A stretch of DNA of 57,730 bases from a virus (Duplodnaviria; Caudoviricetes), in IMG/VR virus record IMGVR_UViG_3300037755_000790, positions 1 through 57,730 of that record. One strand, 5' to 3'. Under the pieces are notes generated by a model that had not been told where the DNA came from, ran no database searches, and was given only the letters and a program-made list of their open reading frames with translations. Position 1 is the first letter of the stretch. Each line of letters opens with the position of its first letter. The translations under genes and the position numbers were made by a program. This document shows positions 27,453-37,560 of the stretch, in pieces.

Positions 27453-27854
27453 CTATCCGACCTTGGCGACGTCGCTCGCGGCGCTCCAGGACGCGTCGAA
27501 TGTGACGGGGCCATCGACGCCGCCAGCGACCGTGATGTCGAAGATGGCCGTGCCGAACCAGTACTGAGTGTTGGTCAGGATGCTCGGGTACAGGTAGAAC
27601 TTTCTCGCCAAGCCGTCGATGGCGGCCGTGTAGGTCTGCGCGGTCGAGTCGTCGTAGAAGCCCGACACGGATCCCGATGCATCGGGCATGCCGGAGACGT
27701 AGATCTTGTTGGTGTCACCCATCGCGGTGACCTCGGCTTTGTCGGTCGCCTGCTGTAAAGTCCACTTGGCGACGAAGGGCAGAGGAGACGCGGCCCCACC
27801 GCCCGCAGGGTCGAAGTAGAACCTGCCCTTGCGTCCATGCAAACGGCCGCTCAT
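27453..27854 (-). CDS. major tail (tube) protein
   Basis: HG.KG, W.L, EVT..GD....Y..G..DASG..SG.YD, YLYP, Y..G.A. Confidence 0.8.
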   Translation of the reverse strand: MSGRLHGRKGRFYFDPAGGGAASPLPFVAKWTLQQATDKAEVTAMGDTNKIYVSGMPDASGSVSGFYDDSTAQTYTAAIDGLARKFYLYPSILTNTQYWFGTAIFDITVAGGVDGPVTFDASWSAASDVAKVG

Positions 27855-28480
27855 GATTTGTCTCCCTCGTCTGGCCAGAGCGACGGTTGCTCTGTCGGTG
27901 GCTTCATGGTGATAAGGCGTCGGGCACGCAGGATCGCGGCCATCTCGCGCGGATAGTGATCGGCGATGAACTGGAGCAGATCGGCGACCCGCTGCCCCTT
28001 CGGCTGCCTCGCGGATACGCCTCGCGTCACGGACGGCGCGGCCCACAACTCGAGGTTCTCGGGCCGGTTGTCCTCACGGAGGCCGTTCTTGTGATGGACG
28101 TGTTCGAACTCCATCAGCGGACGACCAAGGGTCGCCTCCATGACGACTCGATGCTCGGGCCGTCGCGGCTGGCCGTAATCGCCGACGCGCATGTATCCGC
28201 TGCCGTCCAGATGGCGCGAACCGGCCCCCGTTGGCCGTCGCTTCGTGACCTCAGCCGAGCCGTGTCGGTACCAACGCAGGTAGTGCATCTGGCACCAGCC
28301 GCGAGCCCATCGCACCCGTCCACAGGCCGCGATGACGCAGATACCGGTCTGACGCGTCCGATATTCCTTGCCGCCGAGCGGGTCGCCGTAGCGCTGAAAT
28401 CGATGGAGGTGCGAGTTGCAGAAACCCTTGGCGTGAGCGGCTTTGACGCAGCCGTCAGCGGCGCAGATAGTCTTGGCCAT
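27851..28480 (-). CDS. HNH homing endonuclease
   Basis: two C...C....G.C..H..R repeats; EHR.VME..LGR.L...E.VHHKNG.R.DNR.ENLELW. Confidence 0.9.
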   Translation of the reverse strand: MAKTICAADGCVKAAHAKGFCNSHLHRFQRYGDPLGGKEYRTRQTGICVIAACGRVRWARGWCQMHYLRWYRHGSAEVTKRRPTGAGSRHLDGSGYMRVGDYGQPRRPEHRVVMEATLGRPLMEFEHVHHKNGLREDNRPENLELWAAPSVTRGVSARQPKGQRVADLLQFIADHYPREMAAILRARRLITMKPPTEQPSLWPDEGDKS

Positions 28481-28550
28481 GTCGGCACCCTCCACGGTGT
28501 CCGTCCGGGCCCTCGGCTGTTACAGGCAGCGCGAGGGCCAACTAATTCGT

Positions 28551-29577
28551 TCAGGGGTCGAGCAGTCGCAGAAGTCCGGCGGCATTGTTTCGAAATGTCC
28601 GATCCGCGACCGCTGCCCGCGCCTTCGCGGCGATGCGCGCCCGTTCGTCCTCATGGGACAGTAGCCACCGAAGCACGTCGGTCGCGGCCTCGGGCGAGTC
28701 GAAGGTTGGCAGCATGTCTAGTATCTCATCGCCCTCACCGCGCGGGTCGCGGAGGAACGGCAGCCCACAGGCCGCCATCTCAACCTCACGCGGACCCATC
28801 GACCAACCCGCCGACAGTTCGGGACGTTCGGCCTCGCGCCGGTAAAGGTTGATCCCGAGCTTCGCCGAGCGGTACACATCCGCGGCGTCGGCGTTGTCGA
28901 CGCACTCGTCCAGGTCGTGACCGATGAACGGGTACAGCGGCGATTCCTCGCTAAGGAGGTTCCAGTTGCCGCCGAGCGTCACGTCGACGTCGGACAGATC
29001 CATCCGCTCGAAGAAGTCGATCCGTGACGGGAACCCGGTGCCGACGAACGCGAGGTCGGTCGCCAACTCCGGCTTGCCGGGACCGGGGTGGTGCACCGAC
29101 GGCCGGTAGGCGTGCGGCACGTACCGGGTCGTGGCCAGCGCGGCGAACCGTTCCAGGTTGATCGGATCGTTGATCAGGTTGACGTCCGCGAACGGCGCCA
29201 GTTTCAGCTGTCGGTCGTCCTCGTACGGCGACTCGGTGTGGACGATCACCACACGCGTGCGGGTACGGCGGGCGCGCACAAGCAGGTCGGCGGGGATGAA
29301 GAACCCCGAGATGACGAGCAGGACATCAGGCCACGCCTTGTAGAGGGTGCTGTGCAGCCCGTCGGCCGCGAGTTCGTAGGCCTGCTCAGCGGTCAACGCC
29401 CGCCGGAACACACCCTCCCGATCGGACTCCCGAAGCATCGCCGAGAAGAACGTCAACCTGTCGTCGAGGTTGTACTCGATGACGTGCTGCCCCAGTTCGC
29501 GCAACGCCTCGCACCAGCCGGTGTGAATGTCTTGCACCGAGAAACGAAGGTCCCGGGTGGGCTACGACTACCCGCAT
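28551..29577 (-). pseudogene. glycosyltransferase (CgeB/GT-B-like), frameshifted near the 5' end
   Basis: MRVVVAHPGPSF and SVQDIHTGW lie in different frames (extra T at 29542-29544); TESPYED, FVGT, R..E.AACG motifs. Confidence 0.7.
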
Positions 29578-29716
29578 GTACCCTTCCTCGTTTTGTCGAT
29601 GCAGTAGTGTCGGCGCCATCGGATGGCAGCGCCGCCTAGTCGCGGCCGGACCGGAAGCTCGCCAACCCGGACCCGATGTTGAAGCGCGGGCGTGATGAGG
29701 CGTCCGCGCTTCGTCG

Positions 29717-30127
29717 TCAGGACACGCCGACGGTGACGGGCAGGGTGAAGCCGAGATACACCTGAGCCCCGTCACCGGCGCCGAACGTGTAGTCGCCGTA
29801 GTCGGTGGGGTTGCCGGCCATGCAGAAGTCCCAGTCGGCGGTGGCTCCCGTGTCCACGGCGTCGCGGACGGTCCACGCGTAGGCGTCGAGCGCGTCCTGT
29901 GCGACCGCGACGGCGCCGGTGGACCTCGTCACCAGCACGACGACGTTGTAGCTGAAGTCGTGGCAGTCGTCCATGGTGACCTGCGCGTCGAACGGCGAAC
30001 CGGGGACCACCATGGCCAGTGGTGTGACGATGGAGTCCGGGACGGTGTCCGACGCGCGTAACCCGTCAACGGTCTCAAGGAGTGTCTTGAGCCTGTCCCG
30101 GACGGCGCTGATGGTGGTGGCGTCCAC
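29717..30127 (-). CDS. tail terminator-like protein
   Basis: I..VRD.L...L..V.GL; acidic; synteny. Confidence 0.65.
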   Translation of the reverse strand: MDATTISAVRDRLKTLLETVDGLRASDTVPDSIVTPLAMVVPGSPFDAQVTMDDCHDFSYNVVVLVTRSTGAVAVAQDALDAYAWTVRDAVDTGATADWDFCMAGNPTDYGDYTFGAGDGAQVYLGFTLPVTVGVS

Positions 30128-31024
30128 TCAGGCCACCATCACCGGGTGGCGCTGGTAGCGCTGGAGGAGCCTCGCGGCCATCGGGTTGTCACGGACGCGA
30201 ATCACACCAAACGGGCCGTAGCCACCGACCCCGAACGGCGAGTCTTTCAGGGCGAACGCCTCGTTGGCGAGGATCAGCGCCGCCTCGTGGACGGGGTCGG
30301 GAACGCGGTCCCAACCCCACCGGGCGGTCACCTGGACGGTCGGCCGGGTCATCGGTAGCGGCCACACGGACTGGACGGCGCGGATCTTCCGGTACGGCCA
30401 GCCGGTCTCACCGTCGACGATGCCGTTCAACGGTTCCAGCTGGTAGAAGGTCGACGTGATCGTGGTGGGGTAGGTTCCCGTGTCCCCGGAGTCGGTGGCG
30501 ATCGCCAGGTCGGTGGTGGTGTAGAAGTCGTCGACCTCGACCAGGCACGCGTCACGTGGGTAGTACTGCCGTGCGGTCGCGGTTACTTGGCGGGTGAACA
30601 CCCGGCCGCAGAACCCGTTGATACCGCGGGTCACCGAGCCTAGTTTTGTCAGGATCTCGAAGTCGTACGCCGTCTCCGTCTGCGCGATCCCGACCCTCGA
30701 CTTGACCTCTTCGAGGGTGCAGTAGCCCTGCTCCCCAACGGGTTGAACAGTCCACGTCCCGGCCACGGCGTCGGACGCTGTCCCGGTGCCGACCCACAGG
30801 TACAGCCACACCCCGGAGATCGAGCAGGGAATGTCCTTGGTGTAGATCCCGGCGGAGGTGCGGGTGATCGTCGCAGCCGCGTAGGTGTACGTCGTCGCGG
30901 TCCCGTCGGGGTCGGTGACGGTGAGGCTGACGGTAGTGGGATCGGTCGCGACGGAGCTGACCGAGAACGTATTGGTCAACGTCGCCAGCTCGGACGCGGA
31001 CTTGTAGAAGACGGTCGACGCCAC
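30128..31024 (-). CDS. head-tail adaptor fused to an N-terminal Ig-like domain
   Basis: DPT.V.L.V.DPDG...GIY..DI; YCTLEE.K, CGR.F, WGW..VP.PV.EA. Confidence 0.8.
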   Translation of the reverse strand: MASTVFYKSASELATLTNTFSVSSVATDPTTVSLTVTDPDGTATTYTYAAATITRTSAGIYTKDIPCSISGVWLYLWVGTGTASDAVAGTWTVQPVGEQGYCTLEEVKSRVGIAQTETAYDFEILTKLGSVTRGINGFCGRVFTRQVTATARQYYPRDACLVEVDDFYTTTDLAIATDSGDTGTYPTTITSTFYQLEPLNGIVDGETGWPYRKIRAVQSVWPLPMTRPTVQVTARWGWDRVPDPVHEAALILANEAFALKDSPFGVGGYGPFGVIRVRDNPMAARLLQRYQRHPVMVA

Positions 31025-31025
31025 G

Positions 31026-32546
31026 TCAGCCTCCCGTCACGGTTGGGGTGGAGGTGCGGGTAGCGCTCGTCGTGGCGGTCGAGGTGCGCTTCGCCGTCGC
31101 CGTCGGCGCGGAAGTGCGCGTCGCCGTCACGGTGGTGACCGACGTAGCGCGCGCCGTTCCCGTGTCTGCGGTCACGCCGATCGTGGCGAGAGCCGACAGG
31201 CTCGCGGCGACGGCGAAGTCGGCCAGTGCCCCGGCGGCGACGGCCGCGGTGCATGTGAGCGAGGCCGACGCCGCGCGGTCCACGGCGCAAGTCGCCGTAA
31301 TCAAACCGGTGACCGTCAGGGTCGTGTCGACGTCGACGCGACCGACGATCTCCGCCTCGGCGCCGAGCGTGGCCGTGATCGTGATCGTGGTGTTGGCCGA
31401 CCGGTCGACGTTGGCCGAGGCGGATAGGGACGCCGTCACCGTTGTGGCATTCTGCGCCGCGCGGTCCACGGATGCGGTGGATGTAACCGTTCCAGTCGCG
31501 GTGAGGTCAGCGGCCACGACGCGGGCCACGGTGGCGGTGGCCGCGAGTGTCGCCGTCGCGGTCAGTGTTCCGCTGGCGGGTAGGTCAATAGCGGCCGTAG
31601 GTGTGACGGTGGCGGTGGCCGCCATCGACGCGTCGGCTGGTCGGTCGACCGCGGCCGTCCCCGAGACGGTTCCGGTGGTCGTGACGCTCGACGTCGCGGC
31701 GCGATCCACCGCGGCGGTCGGCGTGACCGTTCCCGTCGCGGTCAACGTGGTCGAAGCGGCGCGGTCAACAGCCGCGGTACCGGTGATCGTCGCCGTGACG
31801 GTGAGGCTGGCGTCGGCATCGACCGTCGCGCCACCCGCGGCGGCGGCTGACGACGAGAGGACGATGACGTCGTGGCCGTAGCCGAATACCGGCACCGAGT
31901 TGGCGGAGACCGTCGTGCCGGTCAACGCGGACTGATTGGCCCCGTTGCCGGTCAGGTCACCGACGCTCTGCGTGGTCAGGGACTGGTCGAGCAACCACAA
32001 CGCGTCCGGGGCGGTGGCGTACCAGCCCGTCAACGAGAACGGCAGTAGTTCGATCTCAGCGTCGGAGAGACTCCGGCTCAACCACGCGCCGGCGACGGCG
32101 ATGTCGCCGTTGAAGTCGTCGGTGCCTTCCCACAGCCCGATGCGCATCGTGCTCGACGCACCCGGGGCGGTGGAGTTCGTGGCCGTACCGGAGGTGTCCT
32201 CGTGCGTCCACGTGTTCGTCGAGTACACGTACTTGTGACACCGCACGTTCGCCGTACCCGTGGCCTTGCCCATGGCGACGAAGACCCAGCCGTCGGCGTT
32301 GACCACCGTGAGGGTAGAGCTGACGAACATGCCGTCGTACTGCCATTGCAGGTGGTTGCCGTCGCCGTTGGACTGGAGCTCGATGCCCGCCCGGCTGGTA
32401 CCGCCGGACGTGTGCAACGTCATCAGGTTGCCGTACGTGGTTTGATTCCGTTTGCAGATGGCGGCCATGGTCCCGAACGTCCACGTACTCAGCGTCCCGC
32501 TGGACGTTGTGAGGATGTCCCCGGCGCCGTCGAAGTTACGGGCTAT
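31026..32546 (-). CDS. LamG-like domain plus Ala/Thr-rich repeat virion protein
   Basis: F.GDIA...W...LS.AEI; about 23-aa T/A repeats ending AAVDR; probable ATA start (first ATG at 32468). Confidence 0.75.
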   Translation of the reverse strand: MARNFDGAGDILTTSSGTLSTWTFGTMAAICKRNQTTYGNLMTLHTSGGTSRAGIELQSNGDGNHLQWQYDGMFVSSTLTVVNADGWVFVAMGKATGTANVRCHKYVYSTNTWTHEDTSGTATNSTAPGASSTMRIGLWEGTDDFNGDIAVAGAWLSRSLSDAEIELLPFSLTGWYATAPDALWLLDQSLTTQSVGDLTGNGANQSALTGTTVSANSVPVFGYGHDVIVLSSSAAAAGGATVDADASLTVTATITGTAAVDRAASTTLTATGTVTPTAAVDRAATSSVTTTGTVSGTAAVDRPADASMAATATVTPTAAIDLPASGTLTATATLAATATVARVVAADLTATGTVTSTASVDRAAQNATTVTASLSASANVDRSANTTITITATLGAEAEIVGRVDVDTTLTVTGLITATCAVDRAASASLTCTAAVAAGALADFAVAASLSALATIGVTADTGTARATSVTTVTATRTSAPTATAKRTSTATTSATRTSTPTVTGG

Positions 32547-32575
32547 GACGCACCCCCATCAGCCCGTGCGGGCGG

Positions 32576-32857
32576 TCAGTCGCCCTGAGGGAAGGGCATC
32601 CCGGCCCGCACCCAGGCCACCAACCCGAGCAGCAACGTCTTCTGCTCGGTCGTCGCGTTGGTGCGGAACGTCACGTTCAAGGCCGTGTTGTAGGACGTCG
32701 CCGGGATCGACCCACCGGCCGACTCGGCCCAGTCGTCGGCGTTGTCCACCGCGGTCCGCAGGATCGTCTTCACGAACGCGGACGGCTGGCCGGAAATCCC
32801 GATGCGCATGAAGCCCCGGTAGACCTGATCGCGCTGGTTGGTCGTCAGTACAGCCAT
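32576..32857 (-). CDS. hypothetical virion-associated protein
   Basis: in the structural operon. Confidence 0.6.
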   Translation of the reverse strand: MAVLTTNQRDQVYRGFMRIGISGQPSAFVKTILRTAVDNADDWAESAGGSIPATSYNTALNVTFRTNATTEQKTLLLGLVAWVRAGMPFPQGD

Positions 32858-32870
32858 CGACCCATCTCAA

Positions 32871-33401
32871 TCATGCGGTAGTGTAGACGAGGGCGCACGC
32901 GATGACCTCCATGTCACCGGTGGCGTTGTCAGTCGCGTTCGTGGAGTCCGCGTCCCGCCTGAGGCTGACCACCACGAAGTCCCCGGCCGCGACTGAGTCC
33001 GCGTTAGTCAACGTCACCGAGATCTCGTCGAGGAACCCCGCCGTGCCCGGCACGGTGATCGCGCTGGACGCGTTCGTCGTCGCGAGCGCCTTGGCGTCGA
33101 CGTCCGTCGAGTCACCGTCGGACACCGCCGCCACCCGCGCCTCGATGACAACCGTCCCCGACGTCGCCGAGGCCATCTTGTACTGGCACTTGAACACCGG
33201 CGCCGACGCGTAGTCCGCCGGCATACGGAACTGCCAATAGCACATCTCATCCGTCGCCGCGTCAAACGCCATCTGGGTGAAGTGGATCGACGGGGCCGCC
33301 GCGGAGGACTTGACCCGCTGCATCGCCGGAAAGGCGTTCGACGCCGAACCGTCGGGCATGATCGCCGAACTGGGATTGAGCAGGATCGAGCCGGTGGCCA
33401 C
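32871..33401 (-). CDS. beta-rich structural protein
   Basis: FD....E...WQF.MP.DY, AGD.V...L.RDA...D. Confidence 0.65.
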   Translation of the reverse strand: MATGSILLNPSSAIMPDGSASNAFPAMQRVKSSAAAPSIHFTQMAFDAATDEMCYWQFRMPADYASAPVFKCQYKMASATSGTVVIEARVAAVSDGDSTDVDAKALATTNASSAITVPGTAGFLDEISVTLTNADSVAAGDFVVVSLRRDADSTNATDNATGDMEVIACALVYTTA

Positions 33402-33402
33402 G

Positions 33403-33795
33403 TTATGCCGCCAGTGGCGTCAGCGCGAACGTCAACGCCGTCAGGTTCAGGGTGTCGCCGTTGGTGATGGCCTTCGATACGGTCAACGCGGCGGAGAACA
33501 GGAAGTTGCCGGCGGTCAGGTTGTCCCACACCGAGATGTGCGAGATCGTCTCCGACCCGGCCGCCCACGTCGCCCACTGCGGCAGGGTCGCCGTGATGGC
33601 CTTCGACCCGGACGCGGCGACCGCCCACGCCAGGATCACGCGAGTCGTGTTCGCCGACGCGGCCGTCGCGCCCGCCGAGCCCGGATCCGCGGTGTGGAGT
33701 TTGACGTACGTGTTCGCCGGGGCCGTGAACGCGCTGGCGCCCAGCATGTCGAGCCATTCGTTCGCCAGGTTTACGGTTGACATGCCTACGGTCAC
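33403..33795 (-). CDS. small virion structural protein (fibre/decoration type)
   Basis: YVKLHTADPG..G, ISH.SVWD....GNFL, GDTL. Confidence 0.75.
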   Translation of the reverse strand: MTVGMSTVNLANEWLDMLGASAFTAPANTYVKLHTADPGSAGATAASANTTRVILAWAVAASGSKAITATLPQWATWAAGSETISHISVWDNLTAGNFLFSAALTVSKAITNGDTLNLTALTFALTPLAA

Positions 33796-33893
33796 GACTG
33801 GTCCTCGTCTTCGCTCGAGTTTTCAGGGTCCGGTGGTGGGTCGCCGGGAATCACTTCGGCCTCGGCGGTGATGACGATTTCCCAGCGCGTCAC
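33792..33893 (-). CDS. 33-aa acidic peptide
   Basis: GTGA overlaps at both ends; AEAEVI motif. Confidence 0.5.
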   Translation of the reverse strand: MTRWEIVITAEAEVIPGDPPPDPENSSEDEDQS

Positions 33894-34501
33894 GGCGTAC
33901 CCCACTTCTCCCGGAACCGGGTCACGTTGTCGGCCCACCCAGCCAGTTGGGTGACGTCGGCTGAGCCACGGGTGTTGTGCCGCACCAGTTCGTGGCCGCG
34001 GTCCAGGCACCAGTTCGGCAGGCCCTTGTCCGTCATCTGGCGGCAGATGTCGTGGTCGTAGAGGTGGAAGCCCCGGTACGTCTCGTCCCACACCAGCGTC
34101 TGCGCGGTGGCGAGAAGTAGCCCGTCGAGGTGGGCGCATTCACCGCCGGGGCCGAAGTCGAGCAGCCCCATGCGGGCGTCGACGACAGAGCCGCAGGTGT
34201 CGCCCTCCCACCACGGGAGGATCGGGGTGCGGGAGCCAACGACCCCGACGATCCCGACGGCCGAGGTGCAGTGCTCGATCAGCTCGGCCCGCAGCCGGAC
34301 CGGGTCGACGATCGCGACGTCGGAGTGGACGTAGCAGCGGATCGGGTTCCTGGCCCTGGCTTGGCCCTCGTTGTAGGCCTCGGCTATCGAGGCGGGATGC
34401 TCGACGAGGACGATCTCGTCGTCGTCGACACCACGAACTGTCGCGGCGAGGTTGGCCATCAGCACGTCGGGCTGGTTCGACGCGACGATGTAGGAGATCA
34501 C
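33890..34501 (-). CDS. glycosyltransferase-like protein (GT-A)
   Basis: SIAEAYN.G, YVHSDV, G.VG..G, LDGLLL, FH.YD.D.C. Confidence 0.8.
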   Translation of the reverse strand: MISYIVASNQPDVLMANLAATVRGVDDDEIVLVEHPASIAEAYNEGQARARNPIRCYVHSDVAIVDPVRLRAELIEHCTSAVGIVGVVGSRTPILPWWEGDTCGSVVDARMGLLDFGPGGECAHLDGLLLATAQTLVWDETYRGFHLYDHDICRQMTDKGLPNWCLDRGHELVRHNTRGSADVTQLAGWADNVTRFREKWGTP

Positions 34502-34634
34502 TCCGGGCGGTCCGTGACAGTTGCGCGGGCCGCCTTGTTGTCACGGTCTAGGCCGCGCCAACCAGACGGACGCGCGCCTACGCTATCGACATGATTACCG
34601 CCCACAGCACGGGCCGATCCGCACGGATCGCACC

Positions 34635-34838
34635 GTGACGCCTGACGAGATTCGCGCATGGCCGGCAACGGTGGACCTCGTGACCGGACTCGCTCCATGG
34701 GGTGTGGGCCGTGACGCGGCGTACCGCCTCGCCGCCGCCGATGAGGCGCCGGTCCCAATCCTTCGCATCGGCCGTCGACTCCGAATATCCCGCGCCGCGG
34801 TCATGGCCGCACTCGGCATCGCCGACGAGCCGACGTAG
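34635..34838 (+). CDS. excisionase-like HTH protein, antisense within the late operon
   Basis: PATVDL.....GVGR..AY.L......PVP.LRIGRR.R. Confidence 0.7.
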   Translation: MTPDEIRAWPATVDLVTGLAPWGVGRDAAYRLAAADEAPVPILRIGRRLRISRAAVMAALGIADEPT

Positions 34839-34842
34839 GAGA

Positions 34843-35412
34843 TCACCGGTTGAAGTTCCGCCGATGCCGCCAGCGGTAGAACAGCAGCGTGTCCGACAGG
34901 TTGGCGAAGGACGCGCCCGCGCCACGCATGCGGCCGAACATGACGGAGTCTTCCTCCGTGTTCGTGTTGCCGCTGGCCTCGTAGCACCCCACCGCTCGGG
35001 CCTTGGCGACGTTGTACAGGGAACTGCCGTGAGGCACGTCCACCACCCAACGCACGGGTACGCCACTCTGCACCAACCAAGCCGCGTACGACACGATGTC
35101 CGCGTCAACAGCGGACGTCACCTCGAGCGCGGTGTGGTCCAGCCAGTTGTCCGCACCGAGGAACATGCACCGGTCGGTTTCGACCCGGGCGAGCATGTCG
35201 TTGAAGTTCGCGACGATGCCCATCCGTGCGGGTCGCAGGACGAACTCGACCTCCGGGTAGATGTCAGGCAGGTGGCCGCAGTCGCCCACGCCGTCGTCGA
35301 CGAACAGGACCCGGTCGAAGCCGCGGGTCTGGTGCAGCACGCTTTCGATGGCCTGCGCCGCCAGATGGCCGTACCTGTAGCTCGCGATCACGCACGTGAC
35401 ACCCATCAGCAC
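34843..35412 (-). CDS. glycosyltransferase family 2
   Basis: VI.SY.YG..A.QAIESV..QT, FVDDG, FLGADN, ED. Confidence 0.85.
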   Translation of the reverse strand: MLMGVTCVIASYRYGHLAAQAIESVLHQTRGFDRVLFVDDGVGDCGHLPDIYPEVEFVLRPARMGIVANFNDMLARVETDRCMFLGADNWLDHTALEVTSAVDADIVSYAAWLVQSGVPVRWVVDVPHGSSLYNVAKARAVGCYEASGNTNTEEDSVMFGRMRGAGASFANLSDTLLFYRWRHRRNFNR

Positions 35413-36047
35413 CCCGCCACCGTCCCGGCCCGGAATCCGTTCATGTAGTACTGCCTCGGACAGTTGGACTGGTTACGTTCGCTGCCGTGGACGACCGTGT
35501 TCGACCACGTCAACACGTCGCCCGCCGAACCGAACAACTTGACGCCCCGCCGGCCGCCCCGGATGAAGGCCCTCAGGTCACCCGAGTTCACGAACGCCTG
35601 CTCGTGGGAGCCGGGGATGAACTCGACGGCGCTGTTCGCCGCCGTCCAGTCGTCCACGAGGACGGCGGTCTGTAGGTACAGGTTCCCGACGCCCGGCCGG
35701 AACCGTTCGTCGCTGTGCCAGGCGAACTCGTCAGGGTCGCCCGGCAGGTGGAAGTAGTACTGCTGGGTCTCCAGCTCGTAGCGTTCGTGGCCGTAGTAGG
35801 CGGACACGATGTCCAGCAACCGCCGATCCGCCGACAGGGCCCGCATGTACGGACTGCTCGGCCGGAACAGGATCGTGGGGTAGCCGCCCAGTATCTCCAC
35901 GTTGGAGTCGCCGCGGCAGGACAGGACCGCCTCGGCCCGGAGGCGGTTGACCTCGTCGGTACGGAAGACCCCGGGGATCCTCGCGAAGCCGTCACGCCGG
36001 CAGGCGGCGACGTGCTCAGATGTAGGCGCGGTAGATGGCGAACGCAT
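35406..36047 (-). CDS. PhyH-family 2OG-Fe(II) dioxygenase
   Basis: RDGF, WHSD, IPGSH, AGDV, HGS..N....R. Confidence 0.85.
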   Translation of the reverse strand: MRSPSTAPTSEHVAACRRDGFARIPGVFRTDEVNRLRAEAVLSCRGDSNVEILGGYPTILFRPSSPYMRALSADRRLLDIVSAYYGHERYELETQQYYFHLPGDPDEFAWHSDERFRPGVGNLYLQTAVLVDDWTAANSAVEFIPGSHEQAFVNSGDLRAFIRGGRRGVKLFGSAGDVLTWSNTVVHGSERNQSNCPRQYYMNGFRAGTVAGC

Positions 36048-36492
36048 CGCCGTTGCCCTGCGTCGTCGAGTAGGCCTTGCCGTAGCCGGCGGCCTTCACC
36101 AGGCCGATCACGCGCTCGGTGAAGTCGCCGTACGGATACGCGAACGCGTCCCGAGGCATCCAGTCGGGACACTCCAACTCCCGCAGGACCTCACTATCGC
36201 TGAGCCTCGTCATGTCCGGATGCGACCACGTATGCCAACCCAACCGGCAGCCGTACTCGTCCACCAGAGTCCGCAGCTGCGACAGGTCGACGAAGCCTTC
36301 CTTGCCGATGGTGTCGCCGGCGGGGAACAGCCACACCCCGCCGATCTCGCCGATCTCGGCCCGGTGATCCCAGACGCTGGTGTAGATGCCGTCGAACGTC
36401 ACCTCGCCGACGAACGAGCGGATCTGCTCCATCGAGTTGGTGAACGTCGCCGGGTCCGGGGTTCCGATCCGGTGGAACACGCCTACCGCCAC
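36016..36492 (-). CDS. polysaccharide deacetylase (CE4/NodB-like)
   Basis: VTFDG, HTWSHPDM, FAYPYG. Confidence 0.85.
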   Translation of the reverse strand: MAVGVFHRIGTPDPATFTNSMEQIRSFVGEVTFDGIYTSVWDHRAEIGEIGGVWLFPAGDTIGKEGFVDLSQLRTLVDEYGCRLGWHTWSHPDMTRLSDSEVLRELECPDWMPRDAFAYPYGDFTERVIGLVKAAGYGKAYSTTQGNGDAFAIYRAYI

Positions 36493-36962
36493 CGGAACCT
36501 CCGCAGCACCTGGACGTACTCCCGGTACGGGAACTCCTCGACCAGCTCGGCCTCGCCGGGCAGTGGCCGCTCCAGGTCCTTGATGTGGCAGGTGAGCACC
36601 ACCGCGCCCTTGGCCGCGTGCTTACGCACCAGGTCGACGAGCGCCCCATGGTCGTACTGGTCGTACAGGACGCCCGTCAAGAGCACCAGGTCGTACCTCT
36701 GCGTCGGTGCGTCCACCGCGACCACGGGCTTGGGGATCCTGGCCCGAGCCGCCTCGCTCAGCTCGAATCCGTGGATGACGCCGGCGGGCAGGTCCTTGGT
36801 GATCCACCCCTCGCCGCAGCCGATGTCCAGCGCCCGCTTGAACCTGCCGGGGATGGCGGCGAGAATGCGGCGCTTACGATCCTGGTCATCCGGGTGGGTT
36901 TCGAAACCCCACGGATCCGGGACGTTGTACCACCGCTCAAGATCGTCCCTGCTCTGCGTCAC
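36483..36962 (-). CDS. SAM-dependent methyltransferase (NodS-like)
   Basis: Y...DPW.F, ALDIGCGEG, YDLV...GVLY. Confidence 0.8.
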   Translation of the reverse strand: MTQSRDDLERWYNVPDPWGFETHPDDQDRKRRILAAIPGRFKRALDIGCGEGWITKDLPAGVIHGFELSEAARARIPKPVVAVDAPTQRYDLVLLTGVLYDQYDHGALVDLVRKHAAKGAVVLTCHIKDLERPLPGEAELVEEFPYREYVQVLRRFRWR

Positions 36963-37285
36963 TCCGCCACCTCGGGATGCGTCGTCGGCTCCAGCCGACG
37001 GCTGCCTTTGCCGCCACCCGGGCGACCATCGGCGATCTGCTGGACCCGGTTACGGTGCAAGCCGAGACTCGCGCCGATCTGGCCGTACGTCATCCCGGCC
37101 GCCCGCATCTCCAGGACGGCGCCTTGCCGGATCCGTCGCAGCTCGGCGGCGAGCGGCGGCAACGCGTTAAGCCGCAGCCCGACATCGAGGGCCCGCTCGA
37201 CCGGATCGGGGATCTCAGCGACGCCGCCGAGAAGCTCTCGGCTGATCGCGGCCACGATGTCGTCACGCAAGTCCGGGTCGGTCAT
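36959..37285 (-). CDS. small HTH protein
   Basis: GMTYGQIGASLGLHRNRVQQI. Confidence 0.7.
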   Translation of the reverse strand: MTDPDLRDDIVAAISRELLGGVAEIPDPVERALDVGLRLNALPPLAAELRRIRQGAVLEMRAAGMTYGQIGASLGLHRNRVQQIADGRPGGGKGSRRLEPTTHPEVAE

Positions 37286-37560
37286 CGCACACGCTCACAG
37301 ACGACGACGCGGGCACCCTCAACGGGCAGCTTGGACGTCAGGCCCAGCGCTGGCGCCACGAAACGCGTCGGCCGGTACCTGTACGCGGGATCCCCGCCGA
37401 GCCACAACAGCCCGTCATCACCGACCAGCAGCCCGAAACCAAGCGCCTCGGCGAGCAGCTCGACGCTGATCCCGATGACCTCATCGGCGCGCACTACCTT
37501 GAGCGTGCCGTCTTCGCGGCGAACGACCTCCGCGGCGCCGTAGCTGTCCTGGCCGATCAC
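37282..37560 (-). CDS. hypothetical protein
   Basis: coupled overlaps. Confidence 0.55.
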   Translation of the reverse strand: MIGQDSYGAAEVVRREDGTLKVVRADEVIGISVELLAEALGFGLLVGDDGLLWLGGDPAYRYRPTRFVAPALGLTSKLPVEGARVVVCERVR

